From a virus, in IMG/VR virus record IMGVR_UViG_3300049347_000001, positions 1-61,186 of that record: DNA of 61,186 nt, one strand, 5' to 3'. Position numbers and translations under genes: made by a program. Numbering within the stretch: the first letter of the stretch is position 1; every line of letters begins with the position of its first letter. Positions 1 through 7,970 of this stretch are shown here, in pieces. The notes below the pieces were generated by a model. It was not told the origin of the DNA, ran no database searches, and saw nothing but the letters and a program-made list of their open reading frames with translations.

Positions 1-127
1 GGGGCGGTCCAGCCGCCGGCCACGGCGCGCAGCTGGGGTCCGGGCTGCGGGTCGGGCTCGTCGTCGTAGCAGCCCTTGTCGAGCCAGTTGGCCGGGTACT
101 TCGTGTACTTGGGGTCCTGGCCGAAGC
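1..127. repeat. Left copy of a 127-nt exact terminal duplication (overlap of a circular assembly)
   Basis: Read directly: nt 1-127 (ggggcggtccagccgccggcc...ggtcctggccgaagc) equal nt 61060-61186 without mismatch. Confidence 0.95.
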
Positions 128-917
128 GCTCGCGGGCGTAGGCCTGGGCGGCGTCGACGATGCGCTTGGGATCCACGCCGCGCTCGATGGCGGCGATCCA
201 GGCCTTCTTGGCCGCCTCGCGGTCGCGCTTCTTGGGGTAGTTGCTCCAGAAGGCACCGAAGGCTTCGAGGTGGTAATCCGTCTTCTCGCTGCTGCTCTTG
301 GTCTGGGCCGGGGCTGCGGATGCCTGGGGCTCGGTCGAGCCAGCTGCGGGAGAAGAGTCTTTTAGTAGTTGGTTGTCTGACGGTTGTTGGTGGTTAGGGC
401 GGCGTTCCGTCCGTGACGAACGGACTTTAAGTCCGTGACGAACGGACGCAGAGTCCGTGACATCGGCGGTCACGGACTCTGCGTCCGTGACTGTCACGCC
501 TTCTGAATCCGTGACGGTCACAGACTCTGCGTGCGTGACACGCTTCGAGCGGGACCGCCGTTTCCGCTCGGCAGCCGCGGCCCGGAAGTCGTCTTCCTCC
601 CGCTCGAGGTCGCTCCAGTCCGTTGCCGGCCGGAGCAGGTGCATGGCGAGCGTGTAGCGGGTCCGGCTCTCCGTCATGCCGTCCTTGGCGATGAGTCCGG
701 CTTTCTCCAGCCGCCGCAGGGCGCGCTGGACGGTGGTCCGGTCGTAGCCGGTGCGGTACTGGATGCGGAGCACGGAGGGGTGCGCGTTGGTGCCGGTGGA
801 ACTCGCATGCTCAGCAAGCGCCTGAAGGACGTGCCGGGCAGTGGTGTCCGGCTTCCCTTTCTCGGTGTGCGGCATGGGCGCGTGGTCCATGGCCCAGGCG
901 ACGGCCTCAGTACTCAC
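1..917 (-). CDS. Replication initiator / replisome-organiser-like protein, N-terminal two thirds (gene crosses the window junction and ends at 60981)
   Basis: Not in ORF track (runs off the edge). GTG 917 with GAAGGAAG RBS. Own translation: VSTEAVAWAMDHAPMPHTEKGKPDTTARHVLQALAEH..YDRTTVQRALRRLEKAGLIAKDG (winged HTH) ... FGAFWSNYPKKRDREAAKKAWIAAIERGVDPKRIV..YPANWLDKGCY. 917..128 (790 nt) + 61186..60981 (206 nt) = 996 nt, in frame. Confidence 0.7.
   Translation of the reverse strand, partial: MSTEAVAWAMDHAPMPHTEKGKPDTTARHVLQALAEHASSTGTNAHPSVLRIQYRTGYDRTTVQRALRRLEKAGLIAKDGMTESRTRYTLAMHLLRPATDWSDLEREEDDFRAAAAERKRRSRSKRVTHAESVTVTDSEGVTVTDAESVTADVTDSASVRHGLKVRSSRTERRPNHQQPSDNQLLKDSSPAAGSTEPQASAAPAQTKSSSEKTDYHLEAFGAFWSNYPKKRDREAAKKAWIAAIERGVDPKRIVDAAQAYARERFGQDPKYTKYPANWLDKGCYDDEPDPQPGPQLRAVAGGWTA
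351..398. other. AT-rich tract adjacent to iterons (candidate DNA-unwinding element)
   Basis: agaagagtcttttagtagttggttgtctgacggttgttggtggttagg is conspicuously AT-rich for this genome; lies inside the initiator ORF (encodes linker ..PNHQQPSDNQLLKDSS). Confidence 0.4.
409..539. repeat. Iteron-like array of GTCCGTGAC / GTCACGGAC (candidate origin of replication)
   Basis: Perfect 9-mers at 409, 431, 453, 483 (direct) and 469 (inverted); 8/9 variants at 507, 517 (inverted), 531. 17-bp unit GTCCGTGACGAACGGAC twice (409-425, 431-447) separated by TTTAA; 14-bp perfect inverted repeat 448-461 / 469-482. Confidence 0.6.
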
Positions 918-1129
918 GGGTTACTTCCTTCGGGAGGGTGTCTGTGCTGGTCACGGCTGGGTTTGGACAGCCCTCATGGAGGCTCGAACCGGCCTCGATC
1001 TCGCCGGTTGGCGTGCCGCCAGTCTACCCCTGGGTGGATAGTCACCCGCAACTCATTCGGCACACACAATGCCCGCTCGCCGAGGTTGGCGGGGTGTGTA
1101 GTCACTGCACAGTCGGCTACGCTGTCGAC

Positions 1130-1339
1130 ATGACGACGAAGGGGACGCCCGGCCGCATGGTCCGCATCGAGGACGACGTGTGGGCGGACTACGAGAAGGT
1201 GTGCAAGGAGAAGGGGCTCGCGCGCGCCGCAGACATTCGCATGTACGTCGTCCGTGAAGTCACCGCTTGGCGCAAGCAGCAGGCCCGCCAGAGCGCTCTC
1301 CAGCGTCGGTTCGACAATCTGCACGACTCCGAGTCCTGA
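1130..1339 (+). CDS. Small ribbon-helix-helix (CopG/Arc-like) DNA-binding protein, 69 aa
   Basis: ATG 1130 inside track ORF 938..1339; MTTKGTPGRMVRIEDDVWADYEKVCKEKGLARAADIRMYV fits strand-helix-helix; divergent from initiator gene; followed by hairpin 1366-1385. Confidence 0.6.
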   Translation: MTTKGTPGRMVRIEDDVWADYEKVCKEKGLARAADIRMYVVREVTAWRKQQARQSALQRRFDNLHDSES

Positions 1340-1365
1340 CATCCCTCTCCCCTCCTCTCCTCCGG

Positions 1366-1385
1366 GCCCCGCCTTTCGGCGGGGC
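1366..1385. terminator. Stem-loop terminator between convergent genes
   Basis: gccccgcc-tttc-ggcggggc followed by tttgt; lies between gene ends 1339 (+) and 1477 (-). Confidence 0.6.
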
Positions 1386-1476
1386 TTTGTCGTGTGCGGC
1401 TACTGGCCGACGGGTGCGGTGCATGCCCGGCAGTAGCCGGCGTCGGGCGGGACGGGCGCGGAGCAGTGGGGGCAGG

Positions 1477-1902
1477 TCACGCGGCGGCCCGGCTGCCGGT
1501 GAGGCGGTAACGGCGGTCGGCGGCGGCGTTGGCGGCCCGGCAGACCTCGCAGGACTCGCCGGCCTGCAGGTGGCGCCGGTACATGCGGGGCTCGCCGCAG
1601 ACGGGGGTGGACCGCGGCTGCGGCTTGCGCTTGCGGGCGCCGGCCTTCCAGCCGTTCTCCCGCCAGGCGGTGACGGTGGACCGGTCGATGTGGATCCGCT
1701 TGCCGATGGTGGTGTCGTCGTGGCCGTGGCCATGGAGGATGCGCGCGGCGTGCATCTTCTCGGCGGTCGTGAGGCGGACCGGCTGACCGTTGAGGGCGTA
1801 CTCGATGGCGATGTAGTCGAGGTCGGCGGCCTCGTCGTAGGTGGCGGTGGTGGAGGCGTAGAGGCGCTCGCGGGGGCCCGCGCCGACGCGGTTTCCGTTC
1901 AT
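1477..1902 (-). CDS. HTH DNA-binding protein, 141 aa
   Basis: Track ORF 1477..2466 trimmed to ATG 1902 (ATGA overlap with upstream stop 1899-1901). TTAEKMHAARILHGHGHDDTTIGKRIHIDRSTVTAWRENG = HTH; Cys-containing tail CGEP..CEVC. Confidence 0.7.
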   Translation of the reverse strand: MNGNRVGAGPRERLYASTTATYDEAADLDYIAIEYALNGQPVRLTTAEKMHAARILHGHGHDDTTIGKRIHIDRSTVTAWRENGWKAGARKRKPQPRSTPVCGEPRMYRRHLQAGESCEVCRAANAAADRRYRLTGSRAAA

Positions 1903-2870
1903 GCGGCGGCCTCCAGCGCCTCGGGGTGGCGCAGGAGTTCCTGCTGGATGTGGTTGGTGCTGACGCCGAGGCGTTCGGCGACCTGCTCGTAGCTGAGTCC
2001 GCTGATCCGCATGAGTTCGCGGGCGTCGGCGGCGATGTTGGCGCCGCGCTGGGATGCGGCCCCCTTGGCGAGGGCCAGCTGCCGGAAGCGTTCGGTCGGC
2101 GCGAGTTGCTTGCGGTCGGCGAGCCACGCGGTGTGGGCGGCCTGGCAGCGGGCGCAGACGGGGATGCCCTCGGTGGTGTGGGTCCACCAGCCGCGGTCGG
2201 TGCCGCAGTGCCCGGTCCAGTCCGGGTGGGCGTTCGGGTCGTCGATCTCGTCGTCGTTCCAGGCGCCGGGCGGTGCCCACTTGTTGCGGGCGGCGCGGGC
2301 CCGGACGCGAGCGGTGTTGCGGTCGACGGGTGCCGGCTTCGCGGCGAGGATCACGTAAGCGTTGCGGATCTTGTTCGCGAGGCCGTAGCGAATGGTCAGC
2401 TGTCCGTTGGCGATGAGCTGGACGCGGGCCTCGCTCGTGGCCGCCTGTTCGGCGATGACTCGGCACGACCAGCCGATGGCGCGAAGGGCCTGGATGCGGC
2501 GGCGGCTGCCGACGGCGTCGATGTACTGGCCGCCGCTGGGCTCGACGGACACCGTCATGATCTTGTCGTGGGTGGTGCGTCGGATGGGGTTGCGGCGGCC
2601 GAAGGCGATGTCTCGGAGGTTGGAGGCGGACCCGCCGACCGCTACAGCGAGGTCGTTCCAGCCGGTGGTCTGGTGGAGGAGCAGGAGCTGCTGGCGGGCC
2701 TGTGTGGCGTCGACCTTGGCGGGGCGGCCGAGCTGCCGCATGACGGTGTTGTGCTTCTTGTGCCGGCGCCGGACGGTGAGGCAGGGCTCGCAGCCGCAGG
2801 CCTTCCGGTAGCCGGGGCTGCCGTTGGCGCGGGCGTAGGTTCCGTGCGGCGGGATCGGGCGGCGGCTCAC
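1899..2870 (-). CDS. DNA-binding protein with C-terminal HTH, 323 aa
   Basis: Track ORF 1899..3227 trimmed to GTG 2870 (GGAAGGAG RBS; GTGA overlap with stop at 2867). C-terminus ARELMRISGLSYEQVAERLGVSTNHIQQ = HTH; N-terminal CGCEPC cluster. Confidence 0.7.
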   Translation of the reverse strand: MSRRPIPPHGTYARANGSPGYRKACGCEPCLTVRRRHKKHNTVMRQLGRPAKVDATQARQQLLLLHQTTGWNDLAVAVGGSASNLRDIAFGRRNPIRRTTHDKIMTVSVEPSGGQYIDAVGSRRRIQALRAIGWSCRVIAEQAATSEARVQLIANGQLTIRYGLANKIRNAYVILAAKPAPVDRNTARVRARAARNKWAPPGAWNDDEIDDPNAHPDWTGHCGTDRGWWTHTTEGIPVCARCQAAHTAWLADRKQLAPTERFRQLALAKGAASQRGANIAADARELMRISGLSYEQVAERLGVSTNHIQQELLRHPEALEAAA

Positions 2871-3055
2871 GGCGTCTCCTTCCGGGTCTGGCGGTCGATG
2901 TGCTGGCAGTCGGCGAGGAGGTGGTCGTCGCGGCCGGGCTGGTTGTCGGGTGCGGCGGGGATGCTGCGGCGGGCGGCGCGCCGGAGTTGGCGGTGCTGCC
3001 AGGCGACGGGGATGACCATGGCGGCCATGACGGCGAGGTAGGTGATGGCGCGCAT
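2867..3055 (-). CDS. Small membrane protein, 62 aa
   Basis: ATG 3055 in ATGA overlap with upstream stop; MRAITYLAVMAAMVIPVAW hydrophobic N-terminus. Confidence 0.5.
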   Translation of the reverse strand: MRAITYLAVMAAMVIPVAWQHRQLRRAARRSIPAAPDNQPGRDDHLLADCQHIDRQTRKETP

Positions 3056-3441
3056 CAGGCGGCCCTCCGCTGCTGGATGCGGGCGGCCTGCCGGGCCTGG
3101 ATATACGCCCGCCCCGCGCGGGTAAGGACGTAGACGTTGACCTTCTTGCCGTGCGCCTTCGGGTTGATCGACGTCTCCTCCCCGACCTTGCGGAGCAGGG
3201 CGGGCTCATTCGGGTGGAGGGCGTCATGGCCGGTCAGGGCGGCGAAGTACAGGCCGGCTTTGCGGCAGTCGTCCTCGGGGGCCAGGAGCCGTATGTCGTT
3301 CATTCCGAACGGGTGGCCGGAGTCGGCAAGGTGGAGGACGGCCTGGTCGAGCACGGCGGTCGTCCACTGGGACACAGTGGGCGCGAGGGCGGCGAGGATG
3401 CGGTCGGCGCGGGCCTTGGCTTGGGCGGGAGTCAGGTTCAC
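3055..3441 (-). CDS. Hypothetical protein, 128 aa
   Basis: Track ORF 3055..4551 trimmed to GTG 3441 (AAGGAG 5 nt upstream); the longer N-terminus is Arg/Pro-rich wrong-frame read-through over recT. Confidence 0.6.
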   Translation of the reverse strand: MNLTPAQAKARADRILAALAPTVSQWTTAVLDQAVLHLADSGHPFGMNDIRLLAPEDDCRKAGLYFAALTGHDALHPNEPALLRKVGEETSINPKAHGKKVNVYVLTRAGRAYIQARQAARIQQRRAA

Positions 3442-3460
3442 GTGTTCTCCTTGGAGTTGC

Positions 3461-3495
3461 CGGGGCCCGGCCCTCTTGGGGTGGGCCGGGCCCCG
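3461..3495 (-). terminator. 13-bp perfect stem-loop between recT and the next gene (terminator or attenuator)
   Basis: cggggcccggccc-tcttggggt-gggccgggccccg; no U-tract, so function is uncertain. Confidence 0.4.
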
Positions 3496-3506
3496 TCGGT
3501 GACTGA

Positions 3507-4334
3507 TCAGTCGACGAGTTCGCCCTCGATGGGCCCGTCGTCGTCGGTGGGGTCGGCGTCGTCCAGGGCGGACGGCTGCGGCATCTGCGGGGCGCCGACC
3601 ATGGACGGGGCGGCGGCCAGCTCTCCGGCGACAGCGGCCTGGGCGCGGAGCTGCTCGCGCATGTACTCGGCCGAGGTCGGCACCCACTTGGCGAGCTGGC
3701 GGACCGCGGACTTGAGCCACATGGATTCCTCGTTGGTGTTCCACGGGCTGTAGTCGGAGTCCTTGGAGTCGGACTTGGCCCGGATCTCCATGACGCGCTG
3801 CCGGTTGAGGACGACGACCTTGGAGACGGCGCCGTCCTTCATGACGGCGTAGGCGTACACGCCGACGAGGGGGCCGCGGTCGGCGCCGAACCAGTCGATC
3901 TCGTGGACGGGGCGGTCGTCGCGGCCGGGCACGTAGCGGAAGGTGTCGCGTTCGCGGACGGCTTCGACGATGACGGTGGAGACGGCGCCGGCCCGGTAGA
4001 TGAGTTCGACGATGCCCTGGTAGCCGACGATCCCCTTGATGATCAGCTTGTAGCCGTGGGCCTTGCTCTTGCGGGGGGTCAGGTAGAACTGCTCGGTGCC
4101 GGGCTCCAGGCCGAGGCGGGCGGCGGTCTTCAGCTCCCGCAGGAAGACGCCGACGTCGTTGCGGGCGGCCTGCTCGAGGTCCTTGTTGCCGCGGATGGCG
4201 CCGACGGCGAGGCGGATCCACTGGTCGGCGTTGACGTGTGAAGGGACGAGGGCGGCGTACTCGTCGCGGTACTGCTCGATCTGTGCGGCGGGCCCGTTGT
4301 CGCGCTTCTCGATGGCGTTGCTGATCTGGCTCAC
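3507..4334 (-). CDS. recT: RecT-family single-strand annealing recombinase
   Basis: 275 aa; FYLTPRKSKAHGYKLIIKGIVGYQGIVELIYRAG...YAYAVMKDGAVSKVVVLNRQRVMEIRAKS...SPWNT..ESMWLKSAVRQLAKWVP match RecT motifs; GTG 4334 in GTGA overlap with exonuclease stop. Confidence 0.85.
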   Translation of the reverse strand: MSQISNAIEKRDNGPAAQIEQYRDEYAALVPSHVNADQWIRLAVGAIRGNKDLEQAARNDVGVFLRELKTAARLGLEPGTEQFYLTPRKSKAHGYKLIIKGIVGYQGIVELIYRAGAVSTVIVEAVRERDTFRYVPGRDDRPVHEIDWFGADRGPLVGVYAYAVMKDGAVSKVVVLNRQRVMEIRAKSDSKDSDYSPWNTNEESMWLKSAVRQLAKWVPTSAEYMREQLRAQAAVAGELAAAPSMVGAPQMPQPSALDDADPTDDDGPIEGELVD

Positions 4335-5224
4335 GCTGCGTCCTTACTGCTGGTGTACGGGTTGAGGGAGTAGGTGTGGCCGTCGCGGACGATGCGGTAG
4401 GCGATGCGCCGGTCTCCGCAGACGGCCCGCTTGGCGTCGCCGATGAGGTCGAGGACTTCGCCGCGGACCTGGGTGAGGTCGGCGGATGCGGCGGCCAGGT
4501 CGGTGTAGGCGGCGTCCCAGCGGGCGACGAGGTCAGCGGGGATCTCGACATCGCGGTCCTCGAGACCGTCCGGCTGGACGCGGAGGGTCTGGTAGGTGTC
4601 CGTGGCTCCGTCGATGGGCGGTCGGTTGCCCTGGCGGACGTCGTCGAGGAAGCGTTCGGCGGCGTCGCGCAGGATGCGGGCCTCGGCCGGGTCGTACTCG
4701 ATGACGTACTCGCGGTAGTCGTAGGGCAGGATCAGGACCGCGAGCCGGGCCGGGGCGTGCAGGCCGAGGGTGTCCTGCTGCCACAGCACCTGGCACCGGT
4801 AGTGGATGGGGAGTTCGTCGCTTCCGTCCGGTCCCCAGCCGTCGGGGTGGGCGGCCGTCTTGATCTCGACGATGCTGTCGTCCCATAGGCGGTCGGGGGT
4901 GGCGCGCTGCCAGCCGCGGTCTTGGTGCTTCCAGGTGCCGGTGTGCAGGAGCGGGTGTTCGGGGTGGCGTTCGGCGAACTCCTCGGCGACGTCGTCCTCG
5001 AAGCGCACGCCCCACCGCATTTCCGGCGACGGCTCAAACGGGGCGGTGGGCAGGCCGGCTTTCTTGTGCCAGAGGGTGAAGCGGGACGTCCACGGGGAGA
5101 GGCCGACGACTGCGGCGATCTCGGTGGCGGTGATGCACAGGCCCTTGCGGGCCTCGTTCCACTCCGGGGTGCCGGGGGTGAAGCGCCCGAGGAGGATGCC
5201 GTCGGGGGCGGTTGCGGTCGTCAC
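4331..5224 (-). CDS. YqaJ/lambda-Exo-type recombination exonuclease
   Basis: 297 aa; TPEWNEARKGLCITATEIAAVVGLSPW.SRFTLWHKK ... IVEIKT typical of the YqaJ viral recombinase domain; directly upstream of recT. Confidence 0.8.
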   Translation of the reverse strand: MTTATAPDGILLGRFTPGTPEWNEARKGLCITATEIAAVVGLSPWTSRFTLWHKKAGLPTAPFEPSPEMRWGVRFEDDVAEEFAERHPEHPLLHTGTWKHQDRGWQRATPDRLWDDSIVEIKTAAHPDGWGPDGSDELPIHYRCQVLWQQDTLGLHAPARLAVLILPYDYREYVIEYDPAEARILRDAAERFLDDVRQGNRPPIDGATDTYQTLRVQPDGLEDRDVEIPADLVARWDAAYTDLAAASADLTQVRGEVLDLIGDAKRAVCGDRRIAYRIVRDGHTYSLNPYTSSKDAA

Positions 5225-5475
5225 GCTGCCGCCTCGCCCCGGACGATGCGCTGGAGGTGCTCGACGCCGGCGGGGTCGTACTGGATGGCGGTGACGGCGG
5301 CGACGTACTCGGGGAAGCTGGCGGCGAGCTTGTCGAGGTTGGCCTCGTCGGCGGTGCCCATTGCGCTGAGGAGGGCGGTGGTGAAGCTGCCCGCCTGGTA
5401 GCCGCCGGCGCGGCCGTAGTGGAAGAGGACGTGCGCGGCGACGTCCGGGGTGATGGTGGCGTTGCTGGTGCTCAT
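5221..5475 (-). CDS. Hypothetical protein, 84 aa
   Basis: ATG 5475 with CTGGAG RBS; stop overlaps the exonuclease start (GTGA); high GC3. Confidence 0.6.
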   Translation of the reverse strand: MSTSNATITPDVAAHVLFHYGRAGGYQAGSFTTALLSAMGTADEANLDKLAASFPEYVAAVTAIQYDPAGVEHLQRIVRGEAAA

Positions 5476-5506
5476 GTGGGGCTCCAGGAGGGTGCGAGGG
5501 ATGGGT

Positions 5507-5551
5507 GGGCCCGCCGTTCGGGCGAGGGGAGGTGCCGTGAACGGCGGGCCC
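5507..5551 (-). terminator. 13-bp perfect stem-loop downstream of the clamp-like gene
   Basis: gggcccgccgttc-(19 nt)-gaacggcgggccc in the 118-nt gap 5476-5593. Confidence 0.4.
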
Positions 5552-5593
5552 TGGGATGCCGCGGCGTGGGGGCGCGCGCGGCTGGCTGTGGGG

Positions 5594-6769
5594 TCAGGCG
5601 GTGGTCTCGGCCGGCTGCGGCTTGATGGCCTTCCACTCGTCGGCCTCGGCGTCGTAGACCACGAACGCGTTGTCGTCGACCCGGAAGTTGATCCCGGCCT
5701 GCTTCGCGTCGGTCAGCGCGCGGGCCAGGCGGACCGCCCACTTGCGGGGCTCCTCCGCCATCTGCTTGGCGACGCGCGCCTCATGGTCGTCCTGCCACTT
5801 CTGCGGGTTGAAGCCGGACTTCTCGGCGAGGTCCCACGCCCACTCGCCGAGCTCGCCGGAGTCGAGCTGCTCTGCCGTGTCGTCGACGACGGCCTGGGCG
5901 GCGCGCGGGTCGACCTGGGCGAGCGCATCCAGGTAGCGGTAGGCCTGCCAGTCAGAGACGCTCGCCTGGATATGGGCGAACCAGGCCTCGCGGTCGTCGT
6001 CGTAATCGGAGTTGAACGTGTCAGACGTCGACTTGAGGACGCCGCGGAGGAGTTCGGCGGCGGTCTCCTGCAAGTCCCGGGTGGCCTCGTAACGGGACGT
6101 CTCGGCCTGCGGCAGGTCCTCCATGGCGGCGCCCTTCGACCCGGCGGCGAGGGTCCAGCGCCAGGCGTCGAAGGCGGTCGCGAACGACTCCGTCTTGGCG
6201 GGTCCGAGTCCGGCGTAGCGGGCGGGCATCACGGCTCCGATGAAGTCCTCGCCGAAGAGGAGGGCGGCCTTCATGTCTGCGGTGAGGCGGACGCGGAGAA
6301 TGTCACCCGTGTCGAAGCGGGCGAGGTACCTGGAGTTCAGGCAGGGGAAGGGCTCGCCCTCGACGCTTTTCTCGGCGAGGGTACGGAGGATGCCCCGCCA
6401 GTCGGGGAAGTCGAGGGTCGCGTCCACGAGCACGTTGACCTCGGTCTTGTCGGCCTTGAAGGCGAGCCGCCCGTCGACGAGCTCAAGCCGGATCCAGTCG
6501 GCACCCTTCATGCCGCGGAGCCACTCGCGGACGGTTTCGACCTGGGCGGCGGGCAGGAGGGCGGCGAACGGCTCCTGGCTGAGGTCGTCGTGCAGGAGGC
6601 TGTAGCGGGCGACAGCGAGGGTGTACCGGTCGGACGCGAAAGCGTGCAGGTAGCGGGCGTCGACGTCGAAGCGGATGCCGTGGAGAACCTCCACGCGCTC
6701 GCTGGCCACGTGGCTGCTGGTCTTGTCGATGAGTCGACCGAGCTGGTGGGCGTTGATGGTGACGGACAA
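5594..6769 (-). CDS. DnaN (beta sliding clamp)-like domain protein with acidic C-terminal extension, 391 aa
   Basis: TTG 6769 with GGAGGA RBS 5 nt upstream. Residues about 30-190 (LHGIRFDVDARYLHAFASDRYTLAVARY ... LDFPDWRGIL ... FIGAVMPARY) follow the clamp pattern ATDGHRLA / FPDY / MPMR; the C-terminal 200 aa are unassigned. Confidence 0.55.
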   Translation of the reverse strand: MSVTINAHQLGRLIDKTSSHVASERVEVLHGIRFDVDARYLHAFASDRYTLAVARYSLLHDDLSQEPFAALLPAAQVETVREWLRGMKGADWIRLELVDGRLAFKADKTEVNVLVDATLDFPDWRGILRTLAEKSVEGEPFPCLNSRYLARFDTGDILRVRLTADMKAALLFGEDFIGAVMPARYAGLGPAKTESFATAFDAWRWTLAAGSKGAAMEDLPQAETSRYEATRDLQETAAELLRGVLKSTSDTFNSDYDDDREAWFAHIQASVSDWQAYRYLDALAQVDPRAAQAVVDDTAEQLDSGELGEWAWDLAEKSGFNPQKWQDDHEARVAKQMAEEPRKWAVRLARALTDAKQAGINFRVDDNAFVVYDAEADEWKAIKPQPAETTA

Positions 6770-6837
6770 GGTGATCCTCCGTGGGATGCTGGTGTCGGAT
6801 CCCCGGGCGTCTGTCGCGCTCGGGGCTTCGTTTTGGG

Positions 6838-6879
6838 CCGCCGCCTCGCCAGCCGGGCGGTCATCTGGCGAGGCGGCGG
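6838..6879 (-). terminator. 15-bp perfect stem-loop directly after stop of 6882..7274
   Basis: ccgccgcctcgccag-(12 nt)-ctggcgaggcggcgg; no U-tract on the minus strand. Confidence 0.4.
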
Positions 6880-6881
6880 GG

Positions 6882-7274
6882 TCAGGGCTGCACGGCCCAG
6901 GCGGGCACGTGCGCGGGGTTCGCCATCGGCAACTGGTGCAGCGGGACGGGCGTGGCGCACATCTGGCGGATCTGCTCGCCGGGGATCTCCTGCGTCTTCG
7001 CGACGACGTGCTCGGCGAGGACGCCGATGGTCAGGCGGTGTTCCAGGTCGGCGATCTGCTGCTCGAGCCCGCGGACTGTCTCCGCATGCCGCTCGTCGAT
7101 GCGGGCGACGGTGTCGGTGTGCTCGCGTTCCTGGTCGTCGAGCTGGACGCCGAGTCCCTTGATGAGGGCGTTGGCGCCGCCGAGGAGGAACTTGAGGCGC
7201 TCCACCTCGTCTGCCGCGCGGTGCTTGCGGGCGGGTCGGGTACGGCGGGTGGGCAGCCGGTCGATGATGCTCAC
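6882..7274 (-). CDS. Hypothetical coiled-coil protein, 130 aa
   Basis: Track ORF 6882..7334 trimmed to GTG 7274 (GTGA overlap with stop 7271-7273); heptad-like LEQQIADLEHRL. Confidence 0.6.
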   Translation of the reverse strand: MSIIDRLPTRRTRPARKHRAADEVERLKFLLGGANALIKGLGVQLDDQEREHTDTVARIDERHAETVRGLEQQIADLEHRLTIGVLAEHVVAKTQEIPGEQIRQMCATPVPLHQLPMANPAHVPAWAVQP

Positions 7275-7627
7275 GACGCGGCCCTCCGGTGCTCGCACTT
7301 TCCCGTCAGGCAGGGCTCGGCGCGCCGCCTCCACTGGTCGTGGCCGACGAGTTCGTGCCGGTAGCCCTCGGCTGCCTCACGGCGGCGGTCGCGGACTCGT
7401 GGGGTGAACTGCTTGTGGGCGTCCTCCACGAGCGGCCCGACGTACTCGCCGAGCGCCGAGCCCTCGACGCAGCCGGCCGGGTTGATGCGGATCCAGAACT
7501 TGCGGGCCGCGAGCTGCTCGGCGCGGATTGCCTTCACGCAGTCGTCGTGACCGATGGCGCGGAGCACCCAGGATCGGTTGGCGGCCATCTCTCGGCAGTC
7601 CACGCAGGCGGTCAGGTTGTCGCTCAC
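7271..7627 (-). CDS. Hypothetical Cys-containing protein, 118 aa
   Basis: GTG 7627 in GTGA overlap with stop at 7624; no domain recognised. Confidence 0.6.
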   Translation of the reverse strand: MSDNLTACVDCREMAANRSWVLRAIGHDDCVKAIRAEQLAARKFWIRINPAGCVEGSALGEYVGPLVEDAHKQFTPRVRDRRREAAEGYRHELVGHDQWRRRAEPCLTGKCEHRRAAS

Positions 7628-7836
7628 GGCCCCTCCAGTCCGGTGCGGTCGATGTAGCCGGCGGTGTCGCTGGCGCGGAAGCCGGCGGCGGTGCGGAGTC
7701 GGTGGTTGAGGTTGCGGGCCTCGTCGAGGGCGCGCTTCTGGGCGGTGATGTGGTGTCCGGCCCGGCGGATGTAGAGGCGGACAGCCGCGTTGAACAGGCC
7801 CGCGATCGGCGACAGGTACGGCGCCGGGGCGGTCAC
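7624..7836 (-). CDS. Hypothetical protein, 70 aa
   Basis: Track ORF 7624..8121 trimmed to GTG 7836 (GTGA overlap with stop 7833-7835). Confidence 0.5.
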   Translation of the reverse strand: MTAPAPYLSPIAGLFNAAVRLYIRRAGHHITAQKRALDEARNLNHRLRTAAGFRASDTAGYIDRTGLEGP

Positions 7837-7970
7837 GAGGCGGTCTCGCTGAGCTGGTTGAGGAACGTCTCGTACTCGTCGGGCTCGTCGGTGGCGGTCG
7901 GGCGGCCGAGCCAGGCGGCGATGCCGGGGACGACGAGGACCGGCGGCAGCGCGGCCATGTCGGCAGGCAT
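7833..7970 (-). CDS. Micro-ORF, 45 aa (below ORF-track cutoff)
   Basis: ATG 7970 in ATGA overlap with upstream stop; TGA 7833-7835 overlaps the next GTG. Own translation MPADMAALPPVLVVPGIAAWLGRPTATDEPDEYETFLNQLSETAS; high GC3. Confidence 0.4.
   Translation of the reverse strand: MPADMAALPPVLVVPGIAAWLGRPTATDEPDEYETFLNQLSETAS

Noticed and set aside
1-127. End duplication considered as a physical direct terminal repeat, LTR or IS end.
   Set aside because: It is exactly 127 nt (a common assembler k-mer), sits in the middle of an ORF that is in frame across it, and the genome has HNH + P27-TerS cos-type packaging genes. It cannot be fully excluded without reads.
409-539. Short repeat cluster considered as a mini CRISPR array.
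   Set aside because: The repeats are only 9 bp in mixed orientation with irregular 2-13 bp gaps. The cluster lies inside a coding frame and no cas genes are present. The pattern is iteron-like.
975-1040. T-loop-like GGTTCGAGCC (minus strand, 981-990) with neighbouring short hairpins; I considered a tRNA or tRNA fragment.
   Set aside because: The stem GAGGC/GCCTC encloses an 8-nt loop. No acceptor stem, D-arm or 5-bp/7-nt anticodon arm can be drawn. It lies in the divergent promoter gap of the initiator gene.
1477-2466. Single 329-aa gene as given by the track.
   Set aside because: The first 188 codons are Arg/Pro-rich and overlap the real 1899..2870 gene. ATG 1902 sits in an ATGA overlap with that gene's stop.
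5450-7162. Long plus-strand track ORFs (e.g. 5450..7162, 7528..9210, 17941..19650, 43300..45489, 59000..60703, 36519..38825).
   Set aside because: These are antisense shadows of minus-strand genes in a high-GC genome. Their products are Gly/Arg/Ala/Pro-rich low complexity with poor third-position GC and no RBS.
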